Shown one piece after another: positions 1 through 9,019 of a stretch of 64,000 bases of DNA. Numbering within the stretch: the stretch's first letter is position 1; each line of letters begins with the position of its first letter. Under the pieces are notes generated by a model. The model was not told where the DNA came from and searched no databases. It saw only the letters and a list, made by a program, of their open reading frames with translations. Location of the stretch: contig JAGOBM010000001.1 of NCBI GenBank assembly GCA_017983435.1, positions 111,916-175,915 on the forward strand. Direction: 5' to 3'. The position numbers and the translations under genes were made by a program. This DNA comes from Candidatus Moraniibacteriota bacterium (lineage in GTDB: Bacteria; Patescibacteriota; Minisyncoccia; Moranbacterales; UBA1568).

Positions 1-1
1 T

Positions 2-283
2 CGGCGGCGCACAATCCAGGCGGAATACAATACGCTCCATGGCATCACGCCGGCGACGGTCAAGAAAAATATCCATGATATCACCGAACATCTCGAGAGC
101 GAGCATGACAAGGCGGTCCAGGCCAATCTCTCGATCGACGAGCGGGTGTTTGCCAAGGATCCGGCGAAGCTGATCCGGGTCAAGGAGAAAGAGATGAAGC
201 GGGCGGTGAAGGCGCTCGATTTTGAGACAGCGGCGATACTGCGCGATGAGATCCGTGAGCTGGAGTCGCGAATGAAGCCATAA
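2..283 (+). CDS. uvrB: UvrB C-terminal fragment (excinuclease ABC subunit B, 3' end; gene starts upstream of window)
   Basis: Frame-2 translation RRRTIQAEYNTLHGITPATVKK...ALDFETAAILRDEIRELESRMKP* shows the UvrB C-terminal region with the UVR domain motif; stop TAA at 281-283. Confidence 0.8.
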   Translation, partial: RRRTIQAEYNTLHGITPATVKKNIHDITEHLESEHDKAVQANLSIDERVFAKDPAKLIRVKEKEMKRAVKALDFETAAILRDEIRELESRMKP

Positions 284-385
284 GGGGGTTATGATATAAT
301 AGAGGACGAATACTCGAAGAGAGGGTCGAAGCTTTTCGAGCTCAGTAACCCGTCTAAAAACGCACAATAAACATACATATATTCT

Positions 386-733
386 ATGGACGCAAAAAAA
401 ATAATCGGTGTGTCGATACTCGTCATCGTCGTGGCGGCTCTTGGTGTCGTCATCGTGAAGCAGATGTTGACCGTGCCGGAGATGCCATCGGACAATACGA
501 TGCCGAAGACGACCGTGCCGGTCAAGCCGGGACTGACTGAGGAAGCTCAGCCGGCAGTGATGGATACGAAGCAACCAGCGACCGTGGATGCGATCGTCAG
601 TGATATCGATGGCGAGATCATGGCTGATGAGGCGGTGATCGCCGGTGAAGCGGCCGGTGAAACTGCGGTCATCGAAGAAGAAGCAGGTGCTCTTAATGAG
701 GTAAGCGAATTCTATGATGAAAACAATCTCTAA
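386..733 (+). CDS. hypothetical protein, N-terminal TM helix then acidic tail
   Basis: ORF track 115 aa; hydrophobic N-terminus IIGVSILVIVVAALGVVIV followed by a Glu/Ala/Asp-rich region; no recognisable family. Confidence 0.35.
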   Translation: MDAKKIIGVSILVIVVAALGVVIVKQMLTVPEMPSDNTMPKTTVPVKPGLTEEAQPAVMDTKQPATVDAIVSDIDGEIMADEAVIAGEAAGETAVIEEEAGALNEVSEFYDENNL

Positions 734-1565
734 AAACACGCTGTTCTTCGCTGGTATCGCGGCGCTCGTGTTGCCGATAGCTGTGTCGGCATCCACATGG
801 GAGGATCGCCAGGCTGAGCGTGGTGAGCGGATGGAAAATCGTCAGGCGGCCATGGAAGACCGTCAGGCTGATCGCCAGGCGAAGATGGAAGAGCGGAAGA
901 CGGACCGGCAGGAGAAGTTCTGTGAGAATTTCACGAGCCGTATGGAGGAGATGCAGGGCAAGCTCGCTGAACGCAAGACGAAGTTTTCCGACCGGAAGGA
1001 GAAGCGCGCCGAGCATTTTGAGGAGAAGCGGGATACCCGCGATAATAAGCTGACTGATACCCGCGAAGAGCAGGATGCTCGCCGCAACGCCTGGTATGAG
1101 AAGCTCGAAGACGCGGCTGATACCGATGAGAAGAAAGCTGCTCTAGTAGCGTTCAAGAAGGCGACCGAAGATGCCGTCGAGGTGCGTCGCACCGCGGTGG
1201 ATGCAGCGATCAAAGCGTTCCGGAGCGGTGTCGATACGGCACTCGCGGGCAAGAAAGACACTCGGTCGACAGCGGCCGATACTTTCTCAGCAGCAGTGAC
1301 CGCAGCGATCGCGGCGGCCAAGGCTGATTGCGCGGACGGTAAAGATATGGCGGCGGTACGGAGTGCCTTCAATGCGGCTCTCAAGGCAGCGCGAGCCGAT
1401 CTCCAAGATGATCGGGAGGAGAGCGCGAAGCTCGGCGATACCATCAAGGCTCTGGCTGAGACCAAGAAAACCGCTCTTCAGGCGGCGATGACAACTTTCA
1501 AGTCGACGATGGATCAGGCGAAGGCCGATCTCAAGAAGGCTTTCGGTGAAGAAGCGGTGGAATAG
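714..1565 (+). CDS. secreted repeat-rich alpha-helical protein (hypothetical)
   Basis: Signal-peptide-like N-terminus MMKTISKNTLFFAGIAALVLPIAVSAS; repeated EDRQA/ENRQA/DRQAK units; Ala/Lys/Asp-rich helical remainder. Confidence 0.5.
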   Translation: MMKTISKNTLFFAGIAALVLPIAVSASTWEDRQAERGERMENRQAAMEDRQADRQAKMEERKTDRQEKFCENFTSRMEEMQGKLAERKTKFSDRKEKRAEHFEEKRDTRDNKLTDTREEQDARRNAWYEKLEDAADTDEKKAALVAFKKATEDAVEVRRTAVDAAIKAFRSGVDTALAGKKDTRSTAADTFSAAVTAAIAAAKADCADGKDMAAVRSAFNAALKAARADLQDDREESAKLGDTIKALAETKKTALQAAMTTFKSTMDQAKADLKKAFGEEAVE

Positions 1566-1598
1566 GAAAAATCCTCGCTTTTTGCTGATATTTCCAAG

Positions 1599-1630
1599 AC
1601 CCTGCTCGAGAGCGGGGTCTTTGGTTTTTC
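1599..1630 (+). terminator. candidate intrinsic terminator
   Basis: GC stem gaccctgctc/gagcggggtc followed by tttggttttt directly after the 714..1565 CDS. Confidence 0.45.
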
Positions 1631-1655
1631 GCTGGCGGATTGCTACAATAGCCAT

Positions 1656-1991
1656 ATGTCTCGACGACTCCAAACACCCGAACACGCTTTCGCTTCCGCA
1701 GTGACGGAAGTCGTACGATCCCTGTCACGAGGGGAGACGGTTTCGTATGCGGAAGTGGCCCGCCGGGCCGGATACTCTGGAGCGGCACGAGCGGTCGGCA
1801 GTCTCATGCGGAAGAATCATGATCCATCAGTGCCGTGTCATCGCGTGATCCGAAGCGATGGGCGCTGCGGCGAGTACAACGGTGGCGGTGAACAGAAGAA
1901 GGCAGAGCGATTGGAACAGGAGGGCATCGCTCTCGGGATGAGGATTGTCGCTGGACAGAAAACATGGTATATCAAACAGTCTATCGTCTGA
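1656..1991 (+). CDS. ogt: methylated-DNA--protein-cysteine methyltransferase, C-terminal DNA-binding/active-site domain only (111 aa)
   Basis: Contains the MGMT signature YSGAARAVGSLMRKNHDPSVPCHRVIRSDG with the PCHRV active-site cysteine motif; extended -10-like tgctacaat upstream. Confidence 0.8.
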   Translation: MSRRLQTPEHAFASAVTEVVRSLSRGETVSYAEVARRAGYSGAARAVGSLMRKNHDPSVPCHRVIRSDGRCGEYNGGGEQKKAERLEQEGIALGMRIVAGQKTWYIKQSIV

Positions 1992-1994
1992 AAT

Positions 1995-2684
1995 ATGGAC
2001 AAACAATTGATTATCGCGGCTGACGATTATGGGATCCGGGATGCCTCGGAGCCGATACTCTCTTTGGCACAGGCTGGCTTGGTCGACCGGGTAGCCGTGC
2101 TCGCGCACTTCGTCTCCCCGGAGGATGCGCAGCGGCTCATAGCGACCGGAGTGTCGATAGATATCCACCTCGAGCTGACACGTCTCTTGGGCCGGGGGGA
2201 ATATGAAGGAGATTCCTTCCTGACCCGGATGGGAAATTTCCTCTGGTGTCTCGTGACGGGCCGACTGTCGCAGTCGAAAGTGGAGCGGGAGTGGCGCGAA
2301 CAGATCGAGATCTTCCGGACCAAATTCGGACGCTTGCCGGACGGTATGAATTCGCATGAGCATATCCATTTCTTCCCGCCGATATTCAAGGACTTCCTGA
2401 ATATCGCCCGGGAATACGGTATCGGGTATGTGCGCTTCGGGTCGCACGATACGATCGGTTGCCTGCGCTGGCACGCGGCCGAGACGGTGGTCTCTCTCTT
2501 GCATCGCGTCGATCGGTATTTCTGGAAACAAGCTCCGCTGCCGACTTCGGAATATCTGGTAAGCGGCGATTGGATTGATGATCCGGAAGACTTTCTCAGG
2601 CGCCTGCCGGCTGGCCGGACCGAGGTAGTTGTACATCCGGAGCGTCCCTGGGAGACGGCGCTGATCCGCTCCTTGCGGAAATGA
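1995..2684 (+). CDS. YdjC/ChbG-family carbohydrate deacetylase-like protein
   Basis: N-terminal LIIAADDYGI (YdjC LIxNADDFG motif) and His-rich metal-site region HLELT...HEHIHFF. Confidence 0.55.
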   Translation: MDKQLIIAADDYGIRDASEPILSLAQAGLVDRVAVLAHFVSPEDAQRLIATGVSIDIHLELTRLLGRGEYEGDSFLTRMGNFLWCLVTGRLSQSKVEREWREQIEIFRTKFGRLPDGMNSHEHIHFFPPIFKDFLNIAREYGIGYVRFGSHDTIGCLRWHAAETVVSLLHRVDRYFWKQAPLPTSEYLVSGDWIDDPEDFLRRLPAGRTEVVVHPERPWETALIRSLRK

Positions 2685-2816
2685 TGACACAGTGCGGGAA
2701 ATGTGGTAGAGTCAGGAGAATTTCTTCGTGCCCTCCCCGATGAGTGAGCCTGAGTGCGAAAGCAGATTTTGAAATTCCTGTATTCCTTGGGGCTTCCTAG
2801 TGACTTTGTGGAGGGG

Positions 2817-2906
2817 TCTCTCTGGGGTGCGAAAGAGATTTTTTCTGATGCCCGAGGCTTCTGAGACGACAGCAAGGAAAAAATTTGCTTTCGTATCCCA
2901 GAGAGA
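2817..2906 (+). repeat. F1 hairpin repeat element copy 1 (core GATGCCCGAGGCTTCTGAG); degenerate partial half-copy immediately upstream (~2745-2816)
   Basis: ctctggggtgcgaaagag-attttttc-[tgatgcccgaggcttctgagacgacagcaagg]-aaaaaatttgctttcgtatcccagagag; imperfect long inverted repeat. Confidence 0.8.
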
Positions 2907-2944
2907 TCTATGTCTAAAATCGTAAACCCCGTTTTTCAATAATC

Positions 2945-5521
2945 ATGGCGACTCAGTCAAAAATCAAGAAAGCGGCTCCAGGCACTCCTTCCGAATGGAT
3001 CGAGGTGCGGGGCGCGCGTACCCACAATCTCAAGAATATCAATGTCGATATGCCGCGCAACGCGATGGTGGCGATCACTGGCTTGTCTGGATCGGGCAAA
3101 TCGTCGCTCGCGTTCGATACGATATTCGCCGAGGGGCAGCGCCGCTATGTCGAGTCGCTCTCGGCTTATGCCCGGCAGTTCTTGAATACAATGCAGAAGC
3201 CGGATGTGGACGAGATCCGCGGACTCTCGCCGGCTATCTCGATCGATCAGAAATCAGCGAGCCGTAATCCGCGCTCGACGGTCGCGACCGTGACGGAGAT
3301 TTATGACTATCTCCGCGTGCTCTTCGCCCGGCTCGGCCGGCCGCACTGTCTCACCTGCGATCGCGAGATCAAGAAGCTCTCATCGGAAGAGATGCTCGAG
3401 CTGGTCCGTGCACGGGTGAAGAAGGCCAAGCAGTCGGGGAGTCTGATCATCACGGCTCCGGTAGTCCGCGGACGCAAGGGCGAATACTATCAGTTGCTCT
3501 ACAATGCTCTCACGCAGGGTTTCTCGGAGATTTTCTTGGATGGTAAGCGGCACAGCCTGCGGGAGCAGATCCTGCTTTCGAAGAACAAGAAGCATGATAT
3601 CGATCTGATTGTCGATGAGATTCCGCTCGCCGAATTCAAGCAGTTCCCGCAGACGTCGGGAGAGCGGCTTTCGGAGGCGGTCGAGCGCACGCTCACGGAG
3701 AGCGAGGGGCTGGTCAAGGTGATGCTCGGCAGCGATGAGACTATTTTGTCAGCGCGCTTCTCATGCCCGTATGACGGTTTCTCGTATCCGGAAGTCGAGC
3801 CGAGACTCTTCTCGTTCAACTCTCCCTACGGCGCGTGCCAGGCGTGCAATGGTCTCGGGACGAAGCACTTCTTCGGCGATGAGGTCTGCGAAGTCTGCCA
3901 TGGGACGCGGCTCCGCGAGGAGGCGCTGCATATCCTAGTGGGCAGCAAGAATATCGTCGAGATCGTCTCGATGACGACCGGCGAGGCGCGCGCCTTCTTC
4001 GAGACGCTCGGTCTGACGAAGCGTGAGCAGGAGATCGCTTCGGTCGTGCTGCGTGAGATCGGAGGGCGTCTACAATTCCTCCTCGATGTCGGACTCAATT
4101 ATCTGACGCTCGATCGGCGGGCCAATACGCTTTCCGGCGGAGAAGCGCAGCGCATCCGTCTCGCTTCGCAGCTCGGCAGTCAGCTCGTCGGCGCGCTCTA
4201 TGTCCTCGATGAACCGACCATCGGTCTGCATAGCCGGGACAATGACCGTCTGATCGAGACACTCAAAAATCTGCAGGCGCTCGGCAATACGATCCTGATC
4301 GTCGAGCATGATGAGGATACGATCTATGCGAGCGACTATATCGTCGATATCGGACCGGGGGCGGGTGTGCACGGCGGCGAAGTGGTCGTCTCGGGCTTCC
4401 TCGAGGATCTCCTGACCGCTGACAAGAATACCTCCGGATCGTTGACACTCGCCTATCTGCGCGGAGAGGAAAAGATACCGGTACCGGAGATCAGACGTCA
4501 CAAAGAGAAAGGTTCGATCAAGGTCCGCGATGCCCGGCTCTTCAATATCAAAGACATGAATGTCGATGTGCCGCTCGGACGGTTCATCTCGGTGACCGGT
4601 GTCTCGGGATCAGGCAAGTCGACCTTCCTCTATGATATCCTCCACAAGAATCTCCAGGCTCGCTTCGATCGCCGCTACAAGTCGAATGAGGTCTTCTATT
4701 GCAAGAGCTTCACGGGGAGCGAATATCTTTCGCGCGCCGTGATGATCGACCAGTCGCCGATCGGCCGGACGCCGCGTTCCAATCCGGCGACTTACACCGG
4801 TGCCTGGACGCATGTCCGCGATCTCTTCGCGTCGACTGAGGAAGCGCGGGTACGCGGGTGGAAGAGCGGCCGCTTCTCGTTCAACCGGCCCGGGGGGCGC
4901 TGCGAGACCTGCGAGGGCAATGGCTTCATCGCGGTCGAGATGCACTTCCTGCCGACGGTCTATGTCTCCTGCGATGTCTGCGATGGCAAGCGCTTCACCA
5001 AGGAGACGCTCGAAGTGAAATACAAGCACAAGACGATCCATGAGGTGCTCGAGATGACGATCGAAGAGGCGTACTCGTTCTTCTATGAGATTCCGGCGAT
5101 CGCTGATCGGCTGAAGACGCTCAACGAGGTCGGTCTCGGCTATCTGAAACTCGGACAGTCAGCGACGACACTCTCGGGCGGCGAGGCACAGCGGGTGAAA
5201 ATCTCGTCCGAACTCTATCGGCCGCATGTCGAACGAACGATCTATCTGCTCGATGAGCCGACGATCGGATTGCACTATGCTGACGTGAAGAAGCTGATCG
5301 AAATCCTGGACCGGCTGGTCGATAAGGGGAATACGGTCATCACCATCGAACACAATCTCGATTTCATCAAATCATCCGATTACGTCATCGATATCGGTCC
5401 GGAAGGCGGATCGGGCGGAGGCAAGATCGTCGCGACCGGTACGCCGGAAGAAGTGGCTCGCGTCGCGGAGTCCTACACGGGACAGTATCTCAAGAAGGCC
5501 TTGCGCGCGGCGGCGAAATAA
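2945..5521 (+). CDS. uvrA: excinuclease ABC subunit A
   Basis: 858 aa; two ABC ATPase modules (GLSGSGKSS Walker A twice, LSGGEAQR signature twice), zinc-finger CxxC pairs, [29 protein letters not shown]. Confidence 0.9.
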   Translation: MATQSKIKKAAPGTPSEWIEVRGARTHNLKNINVDMPRNAMVAITGLSGSGKSSLAFDTIFAEGQRRYVESLSAYARQFLNTMQKPDVDEIRGLSPAISIDQKSASRNPRSTVATVTEIYDYLRVLFARLGRPHCLTCDREIKKLSSEEMLELVRARVKKAKQSGSLIITAPVVRGRKGEYYQLLYNALTQGFSEIFLDGKRHSLREQILLSKNKKHDIDLIVDEIPLAEFKQFPQTSGERLSEAVERTLTESEGLVKVMLGSDETILSARFSCPYDGFSYPEVEPRLFSFNSPYGACQACNGLGTKHFFGDEVCEVCHGTRLREEALHILVGSKNIVEIVSMTTGEARAFFETLGLTKREQEIASVVLREIGGRLQFLLDVGLNYLTLDRRANTLSGGEAQRIRLASQLGSQLVGALYVLDEPTIGLHSRDNDRLIETLKNLQALGNTILIVEHDEDTIYASDYIVDIGPGAGVHGGEVVVSGFLEDLLTADKNTSGSLTLAYLRGEEKIPVPEIRRHKEKGSIKVRDARLFNIKDMNVDVPLGRFISVTGVSGSGKSTFLYDILHKNLQARFDRRYKSNEVFYCKSFTGSEYLSRAVMIDQSPIGRTPRSNPATYTGAWTHVRDLFASTEEARVRGWKSGRFSFNRPGGRCETCEGNGFIAVEMHFLPTVYVSCDVCDGKRFTKETLEVKYKHKTIHEVLEMTIEEAYSFFYEIPAIADRLKTLNEVGLGYLKLGQSATTLSGGEAQRVKISSELYRPHVERTIYLLDEPTIGLHYADVKKLIEILDRLVDKGNTVITIEHNLDFIKSSDYVIDIGPEGGSGGGKIVATGTPEEVARVAESYTGQYLKKALRAAAK

Positions 5522-5575
5522 CCGGTGGCTGAAGGAGTGGTATAATACCGGAAGAAAACAAGAACCAATCACGAC

Positions 5576-6202
5576 ATGGAATACGTATTGGGAATGCTCG
5601 TAGAGGCGCTCGCGGAACACTGGATGCTCGCGACCTTCGTCGGGACGCTGATTGCTGGTGAGAACGCGATACTGGTCGCGCTGGTCTTTGCATCTGGGCA
5701 GCCATCGCTGGTGTATGGCGGTGTGTTGGCAACCGCGTATATCGCAACGCTTTCAGCCGACTTGTTCTGGTATGCAGTCGGACGGTATGGGCTGGCTTCG
5801 ATCAGCCGGAAGGCATCGGTGGACGATATCCCAGCATCTGCCCTGAAGCGGCTGTTTGACGAACATCTTTTTGTATCGCTTCTGCTGATCAAATTTCTTG
5901 TCGGCCTGAGGGTGGCTTTGACTTTCTATCTTTCGATGAAGAAACAGCTGACCCCAGGACGGTATTTTCTTTTGGATTCGCTCGGGATTTTCGTATTTCT
6001 AGCAGTATTGGCAAGTGTCGCCTGGTGGGTGAATACCGGAACCAGTGACGCTTTTGAGACGTATCAGACCATCGTTAGACTAATGACAGTGCTCGCAGCC
6101 ATGATGATCGCGACGCATCTCACGACGTATGCCATCAGGCGGCGTGCTCGTCGTCAGGCGATGCAGGCTGCCGCTACCAGTGTCTCCGCACGAGAAGTAT
6201 GA
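5576..6202 (+). CDS. DedA/VTT-family membrane protein
   Basis: 208 aa polytopic membrane protein with DedA-like core ENAILVALVFASGQPSLVYGGVLATAYIATLSADLFWYAVGRYG; tggtataat extended -10 at ~5539-5547. Confidence 0.55.
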   Translation: MEYVLGMLVEALAEHWMLATFVGTLIAGENAILVALVFASGQPSLVYGGVLATAYIATLSADLFWYAVGRYGLASISRKASVDDIPASALKRLFDEHLFVSLLLIKFLVGLRVALTFYLSMKKQLTPGRYFLLDSLGIFVFLAVLASVAWWVNTGTSDAFETYQTIVRLMTVLAAMMIATHLTTYAIRRRARRQAMQAAATSVSAREV

Positions 6203-6801
6203 GTCGGCAGAAATCGGCGGTCATACTGGAAGATAGCGGCCAGATGATCCGCATACGTCGGCGGCGCGGCCTGAAGACACTCCGTATCGCGGTCGCTTCC
6301 GACGGCCAGGTGACGGTATCGGCGGCCAAGCTCGTACCGATTTTTCTCATCAAACGTTTCATCGTGCGGCAGCGGGATTGGATCAAAGCGGCGCAGGAAC
6401 GTTTCCAATCCACGGGCAGAGTGCCACGGCTTTCGGGAGAAGAACGTCGGCGGCGCTTCGTCCTGCATCGCGATCAGGCGGACCGTCTGGTAGAAGCGCG
6501 GGTGCGCTGGTACAGCGAGCAGCACGGATTCGATCCTGGTCCGATCACGATACGCGATCAGCGGACCCGATGGGGGAGCTGCTCGGCGCGCGGAGCTTTG
6601 TCATTCAATTATCGTATTGTCTTCCTGCCCGAGCGTCTCGCGGACTATATCGTCGTGCATGAGCTCTGCCATCTCCGCGAACTCAATCACGGGTCGCGCT
6701 TCTGGCGGCTGCTTGAGAGTATACTGCCGGACTCTGAACTCCGTCGCGAAGAATTGCGAGCACTCTCGCTTCTCGATGCCGGACGCGGGGATGGGTTGTA
6801 A
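6199..6801 (+). CDS. YgjP-like (DUF45/SprT-like) zinc metallohydrolase
   Basis: C-terminal HELCHLRELNHGSRFWRLLESILPD matches the YgjP/M48-like HExxH...NHxxxFW motif; overlaps upstream gene by 4 nt (ATGA). Confidence 0.65.
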   Translation: MSRQKSAVILEDSGQMIRIRRRRGLKTLRIAVASDGQVTVSAAKLVPIFLIKRFIVRQRDWIKAAQERFQSTGRVPRLSGEERRRRFVLHRDQADRLVEARVRWYSEQHGFDPGPITIRDQRTRWGSCSARGALSFNYRIVFLPERLADYIVVHELCHLRELNHGSRFWRLLESILPDSELRREELRALSLLDAGRGDGL

Positions 6802-6832
6802 ATATATTTGCCATGAAACGTGGTGTTTTCTG

Positions 6833-6916
6833 GGAGGAGCTGCAAGACGATTTTTCCTTCACTATCGCCTCGGAAGTCTCGGGCATCAGGAAAAACCGTC
6901 TTGCAGTTCCTCGGAG
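6833..6916 (-). repeat. F1 hairpin repeat element copy 2 (reverse orientation)
   Basis: gagctgcaagacgatttttcc-[ttcactatcgcctcggaagtctcgggcatca]-ggaaaaaccgtcttgcagttcctc; core is the reverse complement of the copy 1 core. Confidence 0.8.
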
Positions 6917-6956
6917 ACACTTAGAAAAAAAAAGCGTTCAATAGTCGATGTCTCTT

Positions 6957-7040
6957 CTGGGCCACGAAAGCAAATTTTCCTCTCGCTAGCGGTTTAAAGC
7001 ACCCTGGGGCTAAGGAAAACTTCTTTCGCGTCCCAGGAGA
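6957..7040 (-). repeat. F1 hairpin repeat element copy 3 (variant-2 core, reverse orientation)
   Basis: ctgggccacgaaagcaaattttcc-[tctcgctagcggtttaaagcaccctggggct]-aaggaaaacttctttcgcgtcccaggagag. Confidence 0.8.
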
Positions 7041-7119
7041 GTGCGTAGCTTTGAGGATTATAACTAAGGGGTCAAACAAGGTGGTATACTGATGGTGTAT
7101 TATCCTTCATATCAAAACT

Positions 7120-8349
7120 ATGTGGGCATGGCTACGAGGAAAGACGGGTGAGGCTCCGAAGAGCGGGGCGGGGCATGAGGAGATCAGCGAGAAGCGGACG
7201 ACCAAGATCGGTTACCTTTTGCTGTTTTTCATGGGACTCTTCATCGTGATTATCGGGCAGACGATCTTCAGCGATATCGGCCGGATACCGGATCAGCCGG
7301 AAGGACTCTCCTCGTGTTCGCAGGAGTTCGCGCTGCTTTTGGATCGCCGCTGGGTCGACGAGCCGATCACGAATACCGATGTCTATGCGACCGGATACGA
7401 TGAGATGACGGACACTTACCGGATGGATGATTTGACGAAGCAGCAGTGCCAGTTCAGCCGCTATGAAGAAGCCTCGGGTGCTGCTGCGACACTGCGGGCT
7501 GCTTACCTGGATCTCAAGCGATACTACGCGCTCGAGGATCCTATCAATCGCGTGGAAAGGGATCTGAATATTCTTGAGCCGGAGAGGACACTGAAGCAGG
7601 AAACATACGATATCAGTCTGCAGGAGCGTCAGGCTGGCATCACGGCGCCGGTGATGAATCCGGAGCAGGCCGGGAGTTCTCTCAAGACGGATACGCAGGC
7701 TGTCATGAGGCTCGAGTCAGAGAGGAAAGCTTTGCTGTCCGAACGGGCGGCTATATTGGACGCAATCGGCCGCACCGCGAGCCACTTCGAAACACAGCAG
7801 CAGCAGGCGAAAGAGCTCTATCTGTCGGATTACAACTGGTATCGCATCAAGGTCTTCCTGCTTTCATTGCTTTTCATTCTTCCACTGTTCTTGTATTCGC
7901 TCAAGCGGTATTTCGTCTGGAAGCGCGAGGATAGTCCGTACACGATCATTGTTGGTGCGTTGCTCGGCGCTTTCTCGGTCCTCTTGCTCCAGGTTGTCGG
8001 GATGTTTCTCTATGAGATCATTCCGCGCCGGATCATAGAGCTCTTGATCGAGTTCTTCACGCAGTTCGCATTCCTGCGCTACGTGCTGTATTACGGGTCG
8101 GTGCTGCTGGTGATCGCTTTGTTTGGCGGCATCGTGTACTACATCCAGAAGACGGTCTTCAGCAAGGAGGCGGTTGCGCTGCGGTCGCTCAAGGATCGCA
8201 AGTGTCCGACCTGCTCGTTTGCCATCGATCTCTCCATGAAGCACTGTCCAAAATGCGGGCATACGCTGCAGTCCGAGTGTGCGAGTTGCCATGGCCTGCG
8301 TTTCGAAGATCTGCCAGTCTGCCACCAGTGCGGTGCGCGTAGGGGATAG
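7120..8349 (+). CDS. hypothetical membrane protein with C-terminal double zinc-ribbon
   Basis: 409 aa; TM segments near residues 30-50 and 240-330; C-terminal CPTCSFAIDLSMKHCPKCGHTLQSECASCHGLRFEDLPVCHQCG; ggtggtatact extended -10 at ~7080. Confidence 0.5.
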   Translation: MWAWLRGKTGEAPKSGAGHEEISEKRTTKIGYLLLFFMGLFIVIIGQTIFSDIGRIPDQPEGLSSCSQEFALLLDRRWVDEPITNTDVYATGYDEMTDTYRMDDLTKQQCQFSRYEEASGAAATLRAAYLDLKRYYALEDPINRVERDLNILEPERTLKQETYDISLQERQAGITAPVMNPEQAGSSLKTDTQAVMRLESERKALLSERAAILDAIGRTASHFETQQQQAKELYLSDYNWYRIKVFLLSLLFILPLFLYSLKRYFVWKREDSPYTIIVGALLGAFSVLLLQVVGMFLYEIIPRRIIELLIEFFTQFAFLRYVLYYGSVLLVIALFGGIVYYIQKTVFSKEAVALRSLKDRKCPTCSFAIDLSMKHCPKCGHTLQSECASCHGLRFEDLPVCHQCGARRG

Positions 8350-8397
8350 TCTGATTGCCATGACGTTGGTCCTTTCTCCGGGCTGTGATGATATGTG

Positions 8398-8488
8398 CTC
8401 TCCTGGGACGTGAAAGAAGTTTTCCCTGCTGCCCGAGGTGCTTTAAACCGATAGCGAGGGGAAAATTTGCTTTCGTGACCCAGGAGAG
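8398..8488 (+). repeat. F1 hairpin repeat element copy 4 (variant-2 core)
   Basis: ctcctgggacgtgaaagaag-ttttcc-[ctgctgcccgaggtgctttaaaccgatagcgagg]-ggaaaatttgctttcgtgacccaggagag. Confidence 0.8.
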
Positions 8489-8552
8489 ATCTAGATAAAT
8501 AAACAAACAATCTTTTTCGCAGCCCGGGAGATGAGCCGCTCAAGGGGGATAT

Positions 8553-8587
8553 TGAAAAAGAAAAAGGACAACAGTGATGTTGTCCTT
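8553..8587 (-). terminator. intrinsic terminator for minus-strand gene 8606..8956
   Basis: Hairpin aaggacaaca-gtgatg-ttgtcctt preceded on + strand by an A-run (gaaaaagaaaaa), which gives a stem plus U-run on the minus-strand transcript. Confidence 0.5.
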
Positions 8588-8605
8588 GAGTGAGAGGGGT
8601 GGAGA

Positions 8606-8956
8606 CTAGTCGTAGTCTTCCGGTCGTTCGCCGGCCGCCGCCATTTGTCCGATGAAAGCGTGCCGATGGGCAGGGCGTCTATCGGATGGCTTGGGTTCGA
8701 CGGAAGCGAGAGAAGTCTCGTGCCTTAGTTGCTTCTGCGCGTTGGTAGCCCACAGACTCGCATCGGTGCCGAGGGTACGTTTGACGCGTCTCTCGACAGC
8801 CCGATAGAGATAGTTGTAGGTTGCCCGCTGGGCCGGATCAGAGTGGAAGATGCGATGCTGATGAGCAGCATCGGCGAAGGCGGTCTTGAAAGCGAGACCT
8901 TTGGCAAGATCGGTGATGACCTTGTCGCGGAGGGTGCACTCGAGTTCAGAAGACAT
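8606..8956 (-). CDS. hypothetical protein (only clear minus-strand gene in the window)
   Basis: 116-aa ORF with protein-like composition, downstream terminator and an AT-rich divergent promoter region shared with uvrC; competing + strand ORF 8729..9013 looks like junk. Confidence 0.45.
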   Translation of the reverse strand: MSSELECTLRDKVITDLAKGLAFKTAFADAAHQHRIFHSDPAQRATYNYLYRAVERRVKRTLGTDASLWATNAQKQLRHETSLASVEPKPSDRRPAHRHAFIGQMAAAGERPEDYD

Positions 8957-9019
8957 AGACGTTCTCCTTGCGTAATGTACTGTTATATATTATACTACTT
9001 TTTTATGTTTTAGTCAACT

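Noticed and set aside
1827-2875. Long minus-strand ORFs (287 and 282 aa) antisense to the YdjC-like gene
   Set aside because: Arg/Ser/Pro-rich composition typical of wrong-frame GC-rich ORFs; the + strand gene has clear family motifs.
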